From IMG/VR virus record IMGVR_UViG_3300021379_002077, positions 1-53,039 of that record: DNA of 53,039 nt. One strand, given 5' to 3'. Origin of the DNA: a virus (lineage: Duplodnaviria; Caudoviricetes). Shown here piece by piece: positions 36,731 to 45,301 of the stretch; the first letter of the stretch is position 1, and each line of letters begins with the position of its first letter. The position numbers and the translations under genes are program-made. Below the pieces are notes generated by a model. It was given only the letters and a program-made list of their open reading frames with translations, was not told where the DNA came from and did no database searches.

Positions 36731-39285
36731 TGTTTGAAGATTTTACAGTTTATGATGATTGCGAGCCAGTTGGTGTAGAGCTACCTAAAACAGAGGTAAG
36801 CAATGAAGTTCTGAAGGATTTAGAACTTTTAGAAGGAGCTTCTAACGAAGATATTATGTATCAGCTTGCTCGTAAGGGTCTGAGGGAAAAGGGTATTACC
36901 AAATATCCCAACAAAAAAGTTTATTTTGATAGGACGCTACAAGAGCTTGAGACTTTTGTTGAGTTGGGGTTTACTGATTACATCTTGCTTAACTGGGATG
37001 TTTTAAACTTCTGTCACGAGAATGATATTCCAACTGGTGCTGGTCGAGGATCAGCTGCTGGTTCTTTAGTTTTATATCTACTTGGAGTAACCAATATTGA
37101 TCCGATTCCTCACAATCTTTTCTTTGAGAGATTTGTTTCAAAGAGTCGAGCTAAGAAGGTTTATGATGTTCGGAATAAGGAGTTCCTCGTTGGTAGTCTT
37201 CTCCCTGATGTTGACTCTGACATTAGTTATGAGCAGCGGCAAAAAGTTATCGAATATATTGAGAAGAAGCACGAAGGTAGAACGGCCAAGATTTTAACCT
37301 TTAATACTTTTAGTTCTAAGCTTTGCATTAGAGAGGCAACAAAATATTTTGATGAAGCAAAAGAAGATCAGGCCAATGCAGTTAGTGATATGATTCCCAA
37401 ACTACATGGAAAAGTTTCTTCCTTGTCTAATGCTGAAGATGAGAGTGAGAAGTTTTCTGCTTGGGTTAAAAAGCATAAGAGGACTTTTGAGAACGCAAAG
37501 AAGGTTGAGAATCTAATTAAGAATACAGGAGTTCATCCTTCTGGTATCGCGATCTGCTCTCAAACTATTCGTGATGTTGTTCCAATCCAAAGAACTAAAG
37601 ATGGTGACTTTGTTACTGGATACAATATGCATGATGTGGCTGACTTAATGGTTAAGTTTGATATTCTTGGACTGAGGACTCTTACCATCGCACATAGAAC
37701 CTGTGATAAGATTGGTATTGATATAGATGACATTGATCCAAATGATAAGTTCATCTATGATGCTTTGCAGGATTACAATCATCCAGAGGGTTTGTTTCAG
37801 ATTTCAGCAGAGACAAACTTTAGGGTTTGCCAAGAAGTTAAGCCCGAATCTCTTAATGAACTTTCTGACGTAGTTGCTTTGGCTCGGCCTGGGGCATTAC
37901 AGTTTGTTGATACATATGTCAATCAAAAAAATGCTCCATCTGAATTAAATCTTCACCCCGAATTAGATGAGATTCTTTCTTGGTCAAAGAATGTTATTCT
38001 TTATCAGGAACAGTTGATGCAGATTGCCAACAAGGTATTTGAACTGACTCTTGAAGAAGCTGAGATTCTCCGTAGAATTGTTGGTAAGAAGAAGGTGGAT
38101 GAGATGCCTCAATGGAAAGACCGAATTTATGAAGCTGGAGAAAAGTTAGGTCTTGATGAAAGGATTAGTGATTTCTATTGGAATGCCTTGCAAGCATCAG
38201 CAGACTATTCTTTTAACAAGTCTCATAGTTTCGCTTATGCAGAACTTGCTGCTAAAACGGTTTACTTGAAGTATAAACATCCACAGGAATTCTTTTTATC
38301 TGTTCTTGAGTCTTCGGAGTTTGATCCAGATCCTTTAAATGTTGTTGCATCTGTTCATGAAGAGCTTGGTGATTTTGGAATTAAACTTTTGCCACCAAAT
38401 TTATTTAAGTCTCAAATGAATTTTAGTATTGAAGATGGCAATATTCGTTATGGGTTAAATAGCATCAAGGGAATCTCTCAGAAGTCTATTGAAAGCCTTA
38501 TTGCTTTTAGAGGAAAGAGTTTTGACAGTAAGTATGATGTTTTTGAAGCCGCGAAAGAATGTGGCATTAACATTTCTGTTTTGGCTGCTCTCATTCAAGC
38601 TGGAGCTATGGATGACTCTACAGAAGGAAGAAGTAGGTTGGTCCTTGAGGCTCAAGCATTCAATATTTTAACCGATAGAGAAAAACGTAATTTTATTAAA
38701 TATAAAGATAGATTTGGCGATGATATTTTAAATGCCATTGCTGAAGCAATCAAAGTAAATGCTATCGGTGATGACAACAAACCAATGATGAAGGATAGTC
38801 GCTTTGAAACATTTAAGAAGAAGTTTAAAGGTTACAAAGACATCTTTGACAAGAATAAATCTCATCAAAAGTTCTCTAATTGGTGGTATGAGAATTCACT
38901 CCTTGGTTACAGTTATTCCCACGATTTAAAAGATTGTTTTGAGGATCAGTTTGGCTCTATGCATTCTCTTAAAGAAGCAAATGATCTTTCTGAGCGATCT
39001 CCTTTCAAAACAGTTTGCCAAGTAAAAGATTATTATGTCCGTACTTCTCAAAATGGGAATAAGTATATGGTTATCATAGCTTCTGATAATACAGCTTCTT
39101 CTAAATTTATTTTTATGGATAATAGTGAGTCTGACAAACTTACTGATTTTTTAAATACCTACAAAATGTCAAAAGATGCGATTTTAGTCTTGAATGCTAG
39201 CAAAAACCGTGATAGTAGTTTTATCAATTCAGCGAGGGTTATCGATACTAAGATCATGATGAAGCTGAAGGATCTCAAAAAATAA
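36730..39285 (+). CDS. dnaE: DNA polymerase III alpha catalytic subunit (family C, lacking PHP)
   Basis: GRGSAAGS, LFFERF, PDVDSD, GVHPSG, KFDILGL, ALARPG, LYQEQLM, YSFNKSHSFAY, IRYGLNSIKG. Confidence 0.95.
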   Translation: MFEDFTVYDDCEPVGVELPKTEVSNEVLKDLELLEGASNEDIMYQLARKGLREKGITKYPNKKVYFDRTLQELETFVELGFTDYILLNWDVLNFCHENDIPTGAGRGSAAGSLVLYLLGVTNIDPIPHNLFFERFVSKSRAKKVYDVRNKEFLVGSLLPDVDSDISYEQRQKVIEYIEKKHEGRTAKILTFNTFSSKLCIREATKYFDEAKEDQANAVSDMIPKLHGKVSSLSNAEDESEKFSAWVKKHKRTFENAKKVENLIKNTGVHPSGIAICSQTIRDVVPIQRTKDGDFVTGYNMHDVADLMVKFDILGLRTLTIAHRTCDKIGIDIDDIDPNDKFIYDALQDYNHPEGLFQISAETNFRVCQEVKPESLNELSDVVALARPGALQFVDTYVNQKNAPSELNLHPELDEILSWSKNVILYQEQLMQIANKVFELTLEEAEILRRIVGKKKVDEMPQWKDRIYEAGEKLGLDERISDFYWNALQASADYSFNKSHSFAYAELAAKTVYLKYKHPQEFFLSVLESSEFDPDPLNVVASVHEELGDFGIKLLPPNLFKSQMNFSIEDGNIRYGLNSIKGISQKSIESLIAFRGKSFDSKYDVFEAAKECGINISVLAALIQAGAMDDSTEGRSRLVLEAQAFNILTDREKRNFIKYKDRFGDDILNAIAEAIKVNAIGDDNKPMMKDSRFETFKKKFKGYKDIFDKNKSHQKFSNWWYENSLLGYSYSHDLKDCFEDQFGSMHSLKEANDLSERSPFKTVCQVKDYYVRTSQNGNKYMVIIASDNTASSKFIFMDNSESDKLTDFLNTYKMSKDAILVLNASKNRDSSFINSARVIDTKIMMKLKDLKK

Positions 39286-41570
39286 TGAATAGTTTACCAT
39301 TTACTCCTCAAATACGTTCTGTATTTAACCAGTCTCAAGATTTATCTTTAGAATTACAAAGGAGCGGGGTAGATCTCGACATATTTTTCCATTGTTTTAT
39401 TCATAATTTGAGTTTGTCTTGTGAGACTATTTTAGATCGATATGATCTTATAGAACCACTTCAACTTTCTTCAACGAATATCTTAACTAAGAAAAAGCCG
39501 ACTAAGACTGTATCTGGGAAGTTCACTCCAAAGCTAAATAAGTTTGTAGATAATTGTGAGAGAATGCAGGATCTGTTTAAGGGTGATTACATTACCCCAG
39601 AGGTAGTTCTTCTGAATTTTCTTAATGAAGATTATTGTCCAAAAGCTTTTAGAGAAGTCGTTGATAATGAAATGATTTCTGAGTTAATTAGTGACATCAC
39701 TCTTTTTTCTAAAGATAAAGAGTTAGAAGATTTCTCAGATACATTTCTTGATTCTATCACAGATAGTTCTCCAGAAAACTGGGTGGATATGTTTGATGAT
39801 AATCCAATTTTAGATGAATTTGCAGAAAATTTAAATAAGAAGGCAGCTAATGATGAATTTGATAAGATTGTAGATTTTGATGACAAGATTTCTGAGATAG
39901 CTACAATTCTTTGTAGGAAGAAAAAGCCAAATGCTATCCTTGTTGGTCCTGCTGGAACTGGTAAGACCTCTTTGGTAGAAGGTTTGGCGGCTAAGATTGT
40001 AAATGGAGAAGCTCCAGAGCTTATTGCTAATAAAGTCATCTATTGTTTAAGTTTGTCTAGCATGGTTGCTGGTACACAGTATCGAGGCCAGTTTGAAGAG
40101 CGTTTAGAAAAGTTTGTTAATGAAGTCAAAAAGCATGATAACATTATTTTGTTTATTGATGAGATCCACACTTTAGTTGGTGCAGGAGGCACTACAGAAA
40201 ATTCTCTTGAAGCTTCTAACATTCTCAAACCAGAGTTGGCTAGAGGCACTATTAGTTGTATTGGTGCTACTACAATTAATGAGTATACAAAGACAATCAA
40301 AAAGGATACTGCCTTAGATCGTCGATTTGAGAGGGTAACGATTAAGGAGCCTTCTAAGTTTCAAATGAAGGAGATTCTTCCTACAATTACATCTTATTAC
40401 GAAGATTTTCATGGCGTTACTTATACAGAAAATTTTATAAACAATGTTATTGATTACTGTGAAAAATATTTGCCGAACAAATATTATCCAGATAAAGCAA
40501 TTGATGTCATTGATCATTGTGGTGCTCAATCTAAAGTTAGTTATTGGGAACTTGATCCTTCTATAAAGAGTCTTCAAGAAGAGATTGTTGTTAATATTAC
40601 TCAAGGATCTTCTACAGACACTCTGCTTAATTTAATGAATGATAAGTTAATGAAGTGGGGGGAGGATATGAAAAAAGAATCTCCTAAAGTCACTCTTAAA
40701 CATCTTCAAGATTTCTTTTCAAAGAAGGAGAATCCTTTATGTAAGCCGAATATTCTTTCTGATTTATCTGAAGGTTTGAAGGATAGGTTTGTTGGTCACA
40801 ATCAAATGATTAACAAATTAATTGATGGAGTTTCTCTCTCAAACTATGGGCTTCATAAAAAAGGTGCTGCTCCAAGTATTTATTGTGTGACTGGACCAGC
40901 TTCTAGTGGTAAGAGTTTTTTCTGTTCTATCTTGAAGGATACTCTTGAAAAGAATGGTGTTAATGTTCTTCGTTATAGTGGCGTTCATTTTTCAGACGAA
41001 TACGCTAAATTTAAAATTCTTCCAGAATTGAATAACAATACTTCTCTTTGTGAAAAGATTAATATTCACCCGAATAGTGTTATTATTATTGATGACTTTC
41101 ATCGTGTTCACTTGTCTGTTAAAACTTTATTCGCTCAAATTTTAAAAGAGGGTAAGTTGCAAATGTCTAATGGTGATATTGCCGATTTTTCTAATGCTAA
41201 GATTTTTGTGACTAGTAATGTTGAGAACCATAATTCCATGGGTTTCAACTCTAACTCTGAGGAGCCAACCTCTTCTGTGTTTAAAGAATTAGTATCTCTC
41301 TTTGATAGCCATGTGTTTTTAAAACCATTGAAGAAGAAGGATATCTTTAGAGTTTTGTATCAAAAGCTTCAGAAGATTAATTTTGATTTAAAATTGAATA
41401 ACGTTCAAGTTAATTATACCCTCAAGTTCCTTAAGAAGTTTGCTAAGGATTCCGAAAACCTAATTGATTTTGAAGATCGTTTCGAGAAGCAAATAAATAA
41501 ATATATTAGTGATCAGATCACTTTGAATAAATCAAAAATTAATTTAGATAAAATGCCTAAATCTACTTGA
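39285..41570 (+). CDS. ClpA/B/C-family AAA+ ATPase
   Basis: Clp N-domain (FTPQ...; YITPE), LCRKKKPN, GPAGTGKT, GTQYRGQFEER, FIDEIH, KDTALDRRF, PDKAID; degenerate second NBD (GPASSGKS); MGF loop. Confidence 0.9.
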   Translation: MNSLPFTPQIRSVFNQSQDLSLELQRSGVDLDIFFHCFIHNLSLSCETILDRYDLIEPLQLSSTNILTKKKPTKTVSGKFTPKLNKFVDNCERMQDLFKGDYITPEVVLLNFLNEDYCPKAFREVVDNEMISELISDITLFSKDKELEDFSDTFLDSITDSSPENWVDMFDDNPILDEFAENLNKKAANDEFDKIVDFDDKISEIATILCRKKKPNAILVGPAGTGKTSLVEGLAAKIVNGEAPELIANKVIYCLSLSSMVAGTQYRGQFEERLEKFVNEVKKHDNIILFIDEIHTLVGAGGTTENSLEASNILKPELARGTISCIGATTINEYTKTIKKDTALDRRFERVTIKEPSKFQMKEILPTITSYYEDFHGVTYTENFINNVIDYCEKYLPNKYYPDKAIDVIDHCGAQSKVSYWELDPSIKSLQEEIVVNITQGSSTDTLLNLMNDKLMKWGEDMKKESPKVTLKHLQDFFSKKENPLCKPNILSDLSEGLKDRFVGHNQMINKLIDGVSLSNYGLHKKGAAPSIYCVTGPASSGKSFFCSILKDTLEKNGVNVLRYSGVHFSDEYAKFKILPELNNNTSLCEKINIHPNSVIIIDDFHRVHLSVKTLFAQILKEGKLQMSNGDIADFSNAKIFVTSNVENHNSMGFNSNSEEPTSSVFKELVSLFDSHVFLKPLKKKDIFRVLYQKLQKINFDLKLNNVQVNYTLKFLKKFAKDSENLIDFEDRFEKQINKYISDQITLNKSKINLDKMPKST

Positions 41571-41594
41571 TTTTATTGATTTATGATTTATAAT
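41567..41594 (+). promoter_or_regulatory. sigma70-type promoter
   Basis: TTGATT-16 nt-TATAAT; the spacer contains repeated TGATTT. Confidence 0.55.
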
Positions 41595-41603
41595 AATGCC
41601 GTG

Positions 41604-41813
41604 ATGAAACTAAATCGCAAGCAAACAATCGCTCTCAATGCGATTCGTAAAACAAAAGGCCGCTTTTTTGGTCTTTACACCACTCAAGGAGAAGCTGTAA
41701 ATGCTCAGTTTCTTGGAGAGACAAATGCGTATATTCGCATTTTTGATCGTAATAATCGTACTACTCGTCGGCTTGCAAAAACAAGCCTTGATCGAGTTTC
41801 TTGTGGAAAATAA
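41604..41813 (+). CDS. small basic hypothetical protein
   Basis: MKLNRKQ...; start placed downstream of the promoter (track ORF starts at 41583). Confidence 0.6.
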   Translation: MKLNRKQTIALNAIRKTKGRFFGLYTTQGEAVNAQFLGETNAYIRIFDRNNRTTRRLAKTSLDRVSCGK

Positions 41814-41962
41814 TGAGCGGCTCAACTTCTAAGTATCTTAGGAGCTTGATTTCATTTCAAGCAGATCCAATCATGAAAAGAGTTTACAAGCGTTTGAAAA
41901 AGCGTTATACAGAACTCCCACATAACAAAAAACATCTAATTAAATCTTACATTAATCTATGA
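41813..41962 (+). CDS. 49-aa basic hypothetical protein (not in ORF track)
   Basis: MSGSTSKYLRSLISFQADPIMKRVYKRLKKRYTELPHNKKHLIKSYINL*; TAATG and ATGA overlaps fill the gap exactly. Confidence 0.7.
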   Translation: MSGSTSKYLRSLISFQADPIMKRVYKRLKKRYTELPHNKKHLIKSYINL

Positions 41963-42159
41963 ACGAAGAAAACAAAAGTAGTGAGTGGTCAGAGCGCGAA
42001 GTTGGTGCTCTGTGGCGCAAGGGTGGAGATAAGCCCTTTTATTCTGGAAACTTAACAGTCAATGGTGAAAAACTTGAGATTGTGATTTTCCCAAACAAGT
42101 ACAAAGAGAAGGATACTCAGCCTGATCTTCGTATTTATAAAAGCAAGGCTCCTCAGTAG
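41959..42159 (+). CDS. DUF736-like small protein
   Basis: EVGALW...YSGNL...IVIFPNKYKEKDTQPDLRIY pattern. Confidence 0.6.
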   Translation: MNEENKSSEWSEREVGALWRKGGDKPFYSGNLTVNGEKLEIVIFPNKYKEKDTQPDLRIYKSKAPQ

Positions 42160-42161
42160 GT

Positions 42162-42362
42162 ATGAACGAAAGTTTAACTGAGGAACAGCTAAACAATCTA
42201 AAACAAGCTTTGGTTAACAAGATTGCTGGTAATTTAACATTCAATGAGTTGATAGATATTATTACGACTTTATCTCTCGAAGAGGTTGAGAAACAGCTTA
42301 AAGAAATGACTGAAGAAGAAAAACTTCAAACTTATAATGAAGTTTTTGCAGAAGAAGTGTAA
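42162..42362 (+). CDS. small acidic helical hypothetical protein
   Basis: 66 aa, Glu-rich, in operon. Confidence 0.6.
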   Translation: MNESLTEEQLNNLKQALVNKIAGNLTFNELIDIITTLSLEEVEKQLKEMTEEEKLQTYNEVFAEEV

Positions 42363-42371
42363 CAACCATTA

Positions 42372-43346
42372 ATGGAATACGATTTTTCTAAAGAAGCAAA
42401 AGAATTTCTTGAATCTCAGTCTGCCAAGCGATCTGGGCCTAAAAGCGGAGCGCAAACTCCTGCAAAGCCTAGTGAGCGCAAAAAAGGTTCTAGTAAGAAC
42501 GAAAAGGGTAGTGCTGGTAAAGACGGAAAATCCATTACTTTTTCAGAAAAAGTCGTTAATGCTCTCAAAACTAAAGTAAAAGAGCATAATGAGAAGTATT
42601 CTAAAAAGGTTTCACTGACTCAGCTTAAAAAAGTATACCGCAGAGGTGCGGGAGCATTTAGCTCTAGTCACCGTCCTAACAAGACCAGAGGTCAATGGGC
42701 GATGGCTAGGGTTAATATGTTTTTAAAAATGATGCGTGGTGGTAAAGTTAAAAAAGCTTATCGTGCAGCGGATCAGGACATTGCAAAAGGTTCTGAAGAT
42801 TATTATTTAGAAGAAGAGGGAAGAGCGTTTGTCGATTTTGATGAACTTGATTTTGCTCTTGCTCGTTTGGATTTTGTAAAGATTGATGCTTCTGAAGAGT
42901 CTCATAAAGATATTGAAGATATTGATTACTCAGAGGCAGAAAAAAAGACTTTAAATAAACCATTTAGATTACCGAAAGGATCTAAAAAGAAGTTTGGTGT
43001 TTATGTTAAAAACCCAAAGACTGGTAATGTGATTATGGTTAAGTTTGGTGATCCTAATATGGAGATCAAACGTGACGATCCAGATCGTCGTCGTAATTTT
43101 AGAGCGAGACACAAATGTGATACCGCTAAAGATAAAACTACTCCTCGTTATTGGAGTTGTAAATTCTGGGCTAAGAAGCCTGTAAGTTCTATGGCATCTG
43201 AAGATGTCCTTGCTTGGGATGATGAAGAGCAGTTCTCTGAGTGGGGCTGGGATGATGAGTCATTCGCAGAGCATCAGGATCTACTTAATGGCTTCCCATT
43301 CTTAGAGGAAGTTGAAGTTGTTGTTGAAGACGAGGACGAGCTTTGA
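42372..43346 (+). CDS. two-domain basic/acidic protein, probable internal virion protein
   Basis: LKKVYRRGAGAFSSSHRP...QWAMARVN and KKFGVYVKN...VKFGDP...RRRNFRARHKC...RYWSC domains with acidic linkers; GTGTA at 42357-42361. Confidence 0.6.
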   Translation: MEYDFSKEAKEFLESQSAKRSGPKSGAQTPAKPSERKKGSSKNEKGSAGKDGKSITFSEKVVNALKTKVKEHNEKYSKKVSLTQLKKVYRRGAGAFSSSHRPNKTRGQWAMARVNMFLKMMRGGKVKKAYRAADQDIAKGSEDYYLEEEGRAFVDFDELDFALARLDFVKIDASEESHKDIEDIDYSEAEKKTLNKPFRLPKGSKKKFGVYVKNPKTGNVIMVKFGDPNMEIKRDDPDRRRNFRARHKCDTAKDKTTPRYWSCKFWAKKPVSSMASEDVLAWDDEEQFSEWGWDDESFAEHQDLLNGFPFLEEVEVVVEDEDEL

Positions 43347-43352
43347 TATAAT
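43324..43352 (+). promoter_or_regulatory. sigma70-type promoter for hldD
   Basis: TTGAAG-17 nt-TATAAT, ending 5 nt before ATG 43358. Confidence 0.6.
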
Positions 43353-43357
43353 GTATC

Positions 43358-44158
43358 ATGCAAAGAGTTCTAGTCACTGGAAGTGAAGGCTTCATAGGCA
43401 AAAACTTGTGTCCATATCTTTCTAAAAGGGGTATTGAGGTTGTAGAATACGATATTAAATTTGGTGGATCTCTTCCTGCTTTAAATGGAATTGATGCAGT
43501 TATTCATCTTGGGGCTAATTCAAGCACTACCGAAACTGATTTAAAAAAGATTTTAAATGAGAATTTTATCTTCTCTGGCACACTTTATCAATTGTGTGCT
43601 AATATGGGAATTAAATTCCAATATTCTAGTAGTGCTTCTGTTTATGGTTTAGCGGAAACCTTTAATGAGGATCAGTTCTGTGTTCCTCTAAGTCCATATG
43701 CTTATAGCAAGTATATGTTTGATAACTGGCTTCTAAATGAGAAGCATCCATACCAAGGGTTTAGGTATTTCAATGTGTATGGTCCACATGAGGAGCATAA
43801 AGGAGATCAAGCAAGCCCAATTACTAAATTCATTAAACAAATTCAAGAAAATGGTGAGATCAAAGTATTTAGGACCAAAGCAAGCAGAGACTTCGTGCAT
43901 GTTGAAGACGTTTGTGAAGTTCATTACCGTATGCTTCACCATGACGATTCTGGTATCTTCAATGTTGGCACTGGCAATTCCGTATCTTTTAAAGCTATCG
44001 CTGACAAAATGGCAGAAAACTCTGGTGCGAAAGTAAAACAGATTGCAATGCCAGAGAAGCTAAAAGGACAATATCAAAAGTTTACTCAAGCAGATATTAC
44101 AAAGCTCACTTCTGTGATTGGAGAGATTGAGTGGAAACAGGTTTTAGAGTGTATATAA
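43358..44158 (+). CDS. hldD: ADP-L-glycero-D-manno-heptose 6-epimerase
   Basis: TGSEGFIG, HLGANSSTTE, YSSSASVYG, YAYSK, FRYFNVYGPHEEHKG..AS, RDFVHV, GQYQKFTQAD match HldD/RfaD. Confidence 0.88.
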   Translation: MQRVLVTGSEGFIGKNLCPYLSKRGIEVVEYDIKFGGSLPALNGIDAVIHLGANSSTTETDLKKILNENFIFSGTLYQLCANMGIKFQYSSSASVYGLAETFNEDQFCVPLSPYAYSKYMFDNWLLNEKHPYQGFRYFNVYGPHEEHKGDQASPITKFIKQIQENGEIKVFRTKASRDFVHVEDVCEVHYRMLHHDDSGIFNVGTGNSVSFKAIADKMAENSGAKVKQIAMPEKLKGQYQKFTQADITKLTSVIGEIEWKQVLECI

Positions 44159-44165
44159 TAAAGCA

Positions 44166-44462
44166 ATGATGTCCTTAATTAAAACTCTTGCTCAAAGTTT
44201 GAAGCTTTACCTTGCTTTAAGGAATAAGTTAGCATTCTTTGAAATAACAGAAAAACATAACAAAAAGAAAAATGAACTTATCGAAGAAATTGAAAGGTTA
44301 CGTGCTATTGGCGACAATGACTCCAATGATCGGGCTGACTTCCTGCGGGGGCAGCTCAGAACCCAAAACGACCAGTTTAAACATATATCAGCCGTCTTCC
44401 TTGAAGCTGAAGGCGGGTCAAGCGATTCAGACTCAGGAGGGGATTTACACTCCTCAAAGTGA
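44166..44462 (+). CDS. putative i-spanin (Rz-like)
   Basis: Helical/coiled-coil 98 aa overlapped out of frame by a lipoprotein gene; GTGTA at 44149-44153; N-terminal anchor only amphipathic. Confidence 0.5.
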   Translation: MMSLIKTLAQSLKLYLALRNKLAFFEITEKHNKKKNELIEEIERLRAIGDNDSNDRADFLRGQLRTQNDQFKHISAVFLEAEGGSSDSDSGGDLHSSK

Positions 44463-44523
44463 CGAGGTTTGGCATTCAGATGCTCGTTACAGAAAGATTG
44501 AGCGAGAGCTTTATAATCAGTAA
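44272..44523 (+). CDS. lipoprotein, putative o-spanin (Rz1-like)
   Basis: Basic N-terminus, hydrophobic stretch, lipobox LTSC followed by GGSS; ends right before a terminator. Confidence 0.65.
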   Translation: MNLSKKLKGYVLLATMTPMIGLTSCGGSSEPKTTSLNIYQPSSLKLKAGQAIQTQEGIYTPQSDEVWHSDARYRKIERELYNQ

Positions 44524-44524
44524 T

Positions 44525-44552
44525 AAAAAAGCCCCTCTTTCGAGGGGCTTTT
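44525..44552. terminator. bidirectional rho-independent terminator
   Basis: AAAAAA-GCCCCTC-TTTC-GAGGGGC-TTTT between convergent genes. Confidence 0.9.
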
Positions 44553-44581
44553 CATTTCATGAATAAGGTTATCCACTAACC

Positions 44582-45256
44582 TTAAAAGGTATAATTGAAA
44601 GCTACAGCGTAGCCCCAAGATCCATCGAGTGAACCAGCACCATCTGCGTCATTGTCTTTGAAGGCAGTTTTAGCAGAGATTGAGCGTCCAGCTCCAAGGT
44701 CATAAGAAACGGTAACTCCAGCTTCGATAGCGGTGTATTCGTCAGCAAAGTTAGTTTCAACGAATGGCACGAAAACAAGACCTTCTTGAATCAACTCAAA
44801 TCCTTTTGAAAGGCCAAGTTGAAGTCCAAGGAGATTGTCTCCACCAACTTCAGTCCAAGCTGCTGCACTAAGATCAACATATCCAAGAGGATATACAGTT
44901 CCAAGTGAAATAAGATCAAATCCACCCCAAGTAGAGTCAAGTTGACTGTAGCTAAGGTCTGCAACAAGATCTTGTCCAAGGACATTCACAGAACGAGCAT
45001 ATGAAAGAGAAAGATCAGTATCAGTTCCTCCTCCATCTACATCGTAAACGCCAACTGAAACAGCAACATTACCACCAGCTGCTTCTGTAGAAACAAAAAC
45101 ATCTGCTGAGATAGAGTCTTCGCGAAGGATGAGTCCTTGGCTAAGAGTTGAAGTGCTGAACTTAAGTCCAGCTTCAGCGTCAAGTCCATTAAGGATTGAG
45201 GCGTTTGTTGTGCTAATAAAAGCACCCATCAGTAGTGTAAGAATAGTATTCTTCAT
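44582..45256 (-). CDS. outer-membrane beta-barrel protein (putative porin)
   Basis: Sec signal peptide (MKNTILTLLMGAFISTTNA), alternating amphipathic strands, C-terminal beta-signal YAVAFNYTF. Confidence 0.8.
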   Translation of the reverse strand: MKNTILTLLMGAFISTTNASILNGLDAEAGLKFSTSTLSQGLILREDSISADVFVSTEAAGGNVAVSVGVYDVDGGGTDTDLSLSYARSVNVLGQDLVADLSYSQLDSTWGGFDLISLGTVYPLGYVDLSAAAWTEVGGDNLLGLQLGLSKGFELIQEGLVFVPFVETNFADEYTAIEAGVTVSYDLGAGRSISAKTAFKDNDADGAGSLDGSWGYAVAFNYTF

Positions 45257-45265
45257 ACGTGTTAT

Positions 45266-45294
45266 ATTTTGCTTAGTTTATGTAGAAAAGTCAA
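45266..45294 (-). promoter_or_regulatory. sigma70-type promoter for the OMP gene
   Basis: Minus strand TTGACT-17 nt-CAAAAT, 9 nt before ATG 45256. Confidence 0.55.
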
Positions 45295-45301
45295 CTAGAA
45301 A

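Noticed and set aside
21301-39285. Inteins or group I introns in nrdA/nrdB, dnaB, recA, dnaE
   Set aside because: Proteins are of compact length with contiguous motifs; no intein termini or homing endonuclease ORFs seen.
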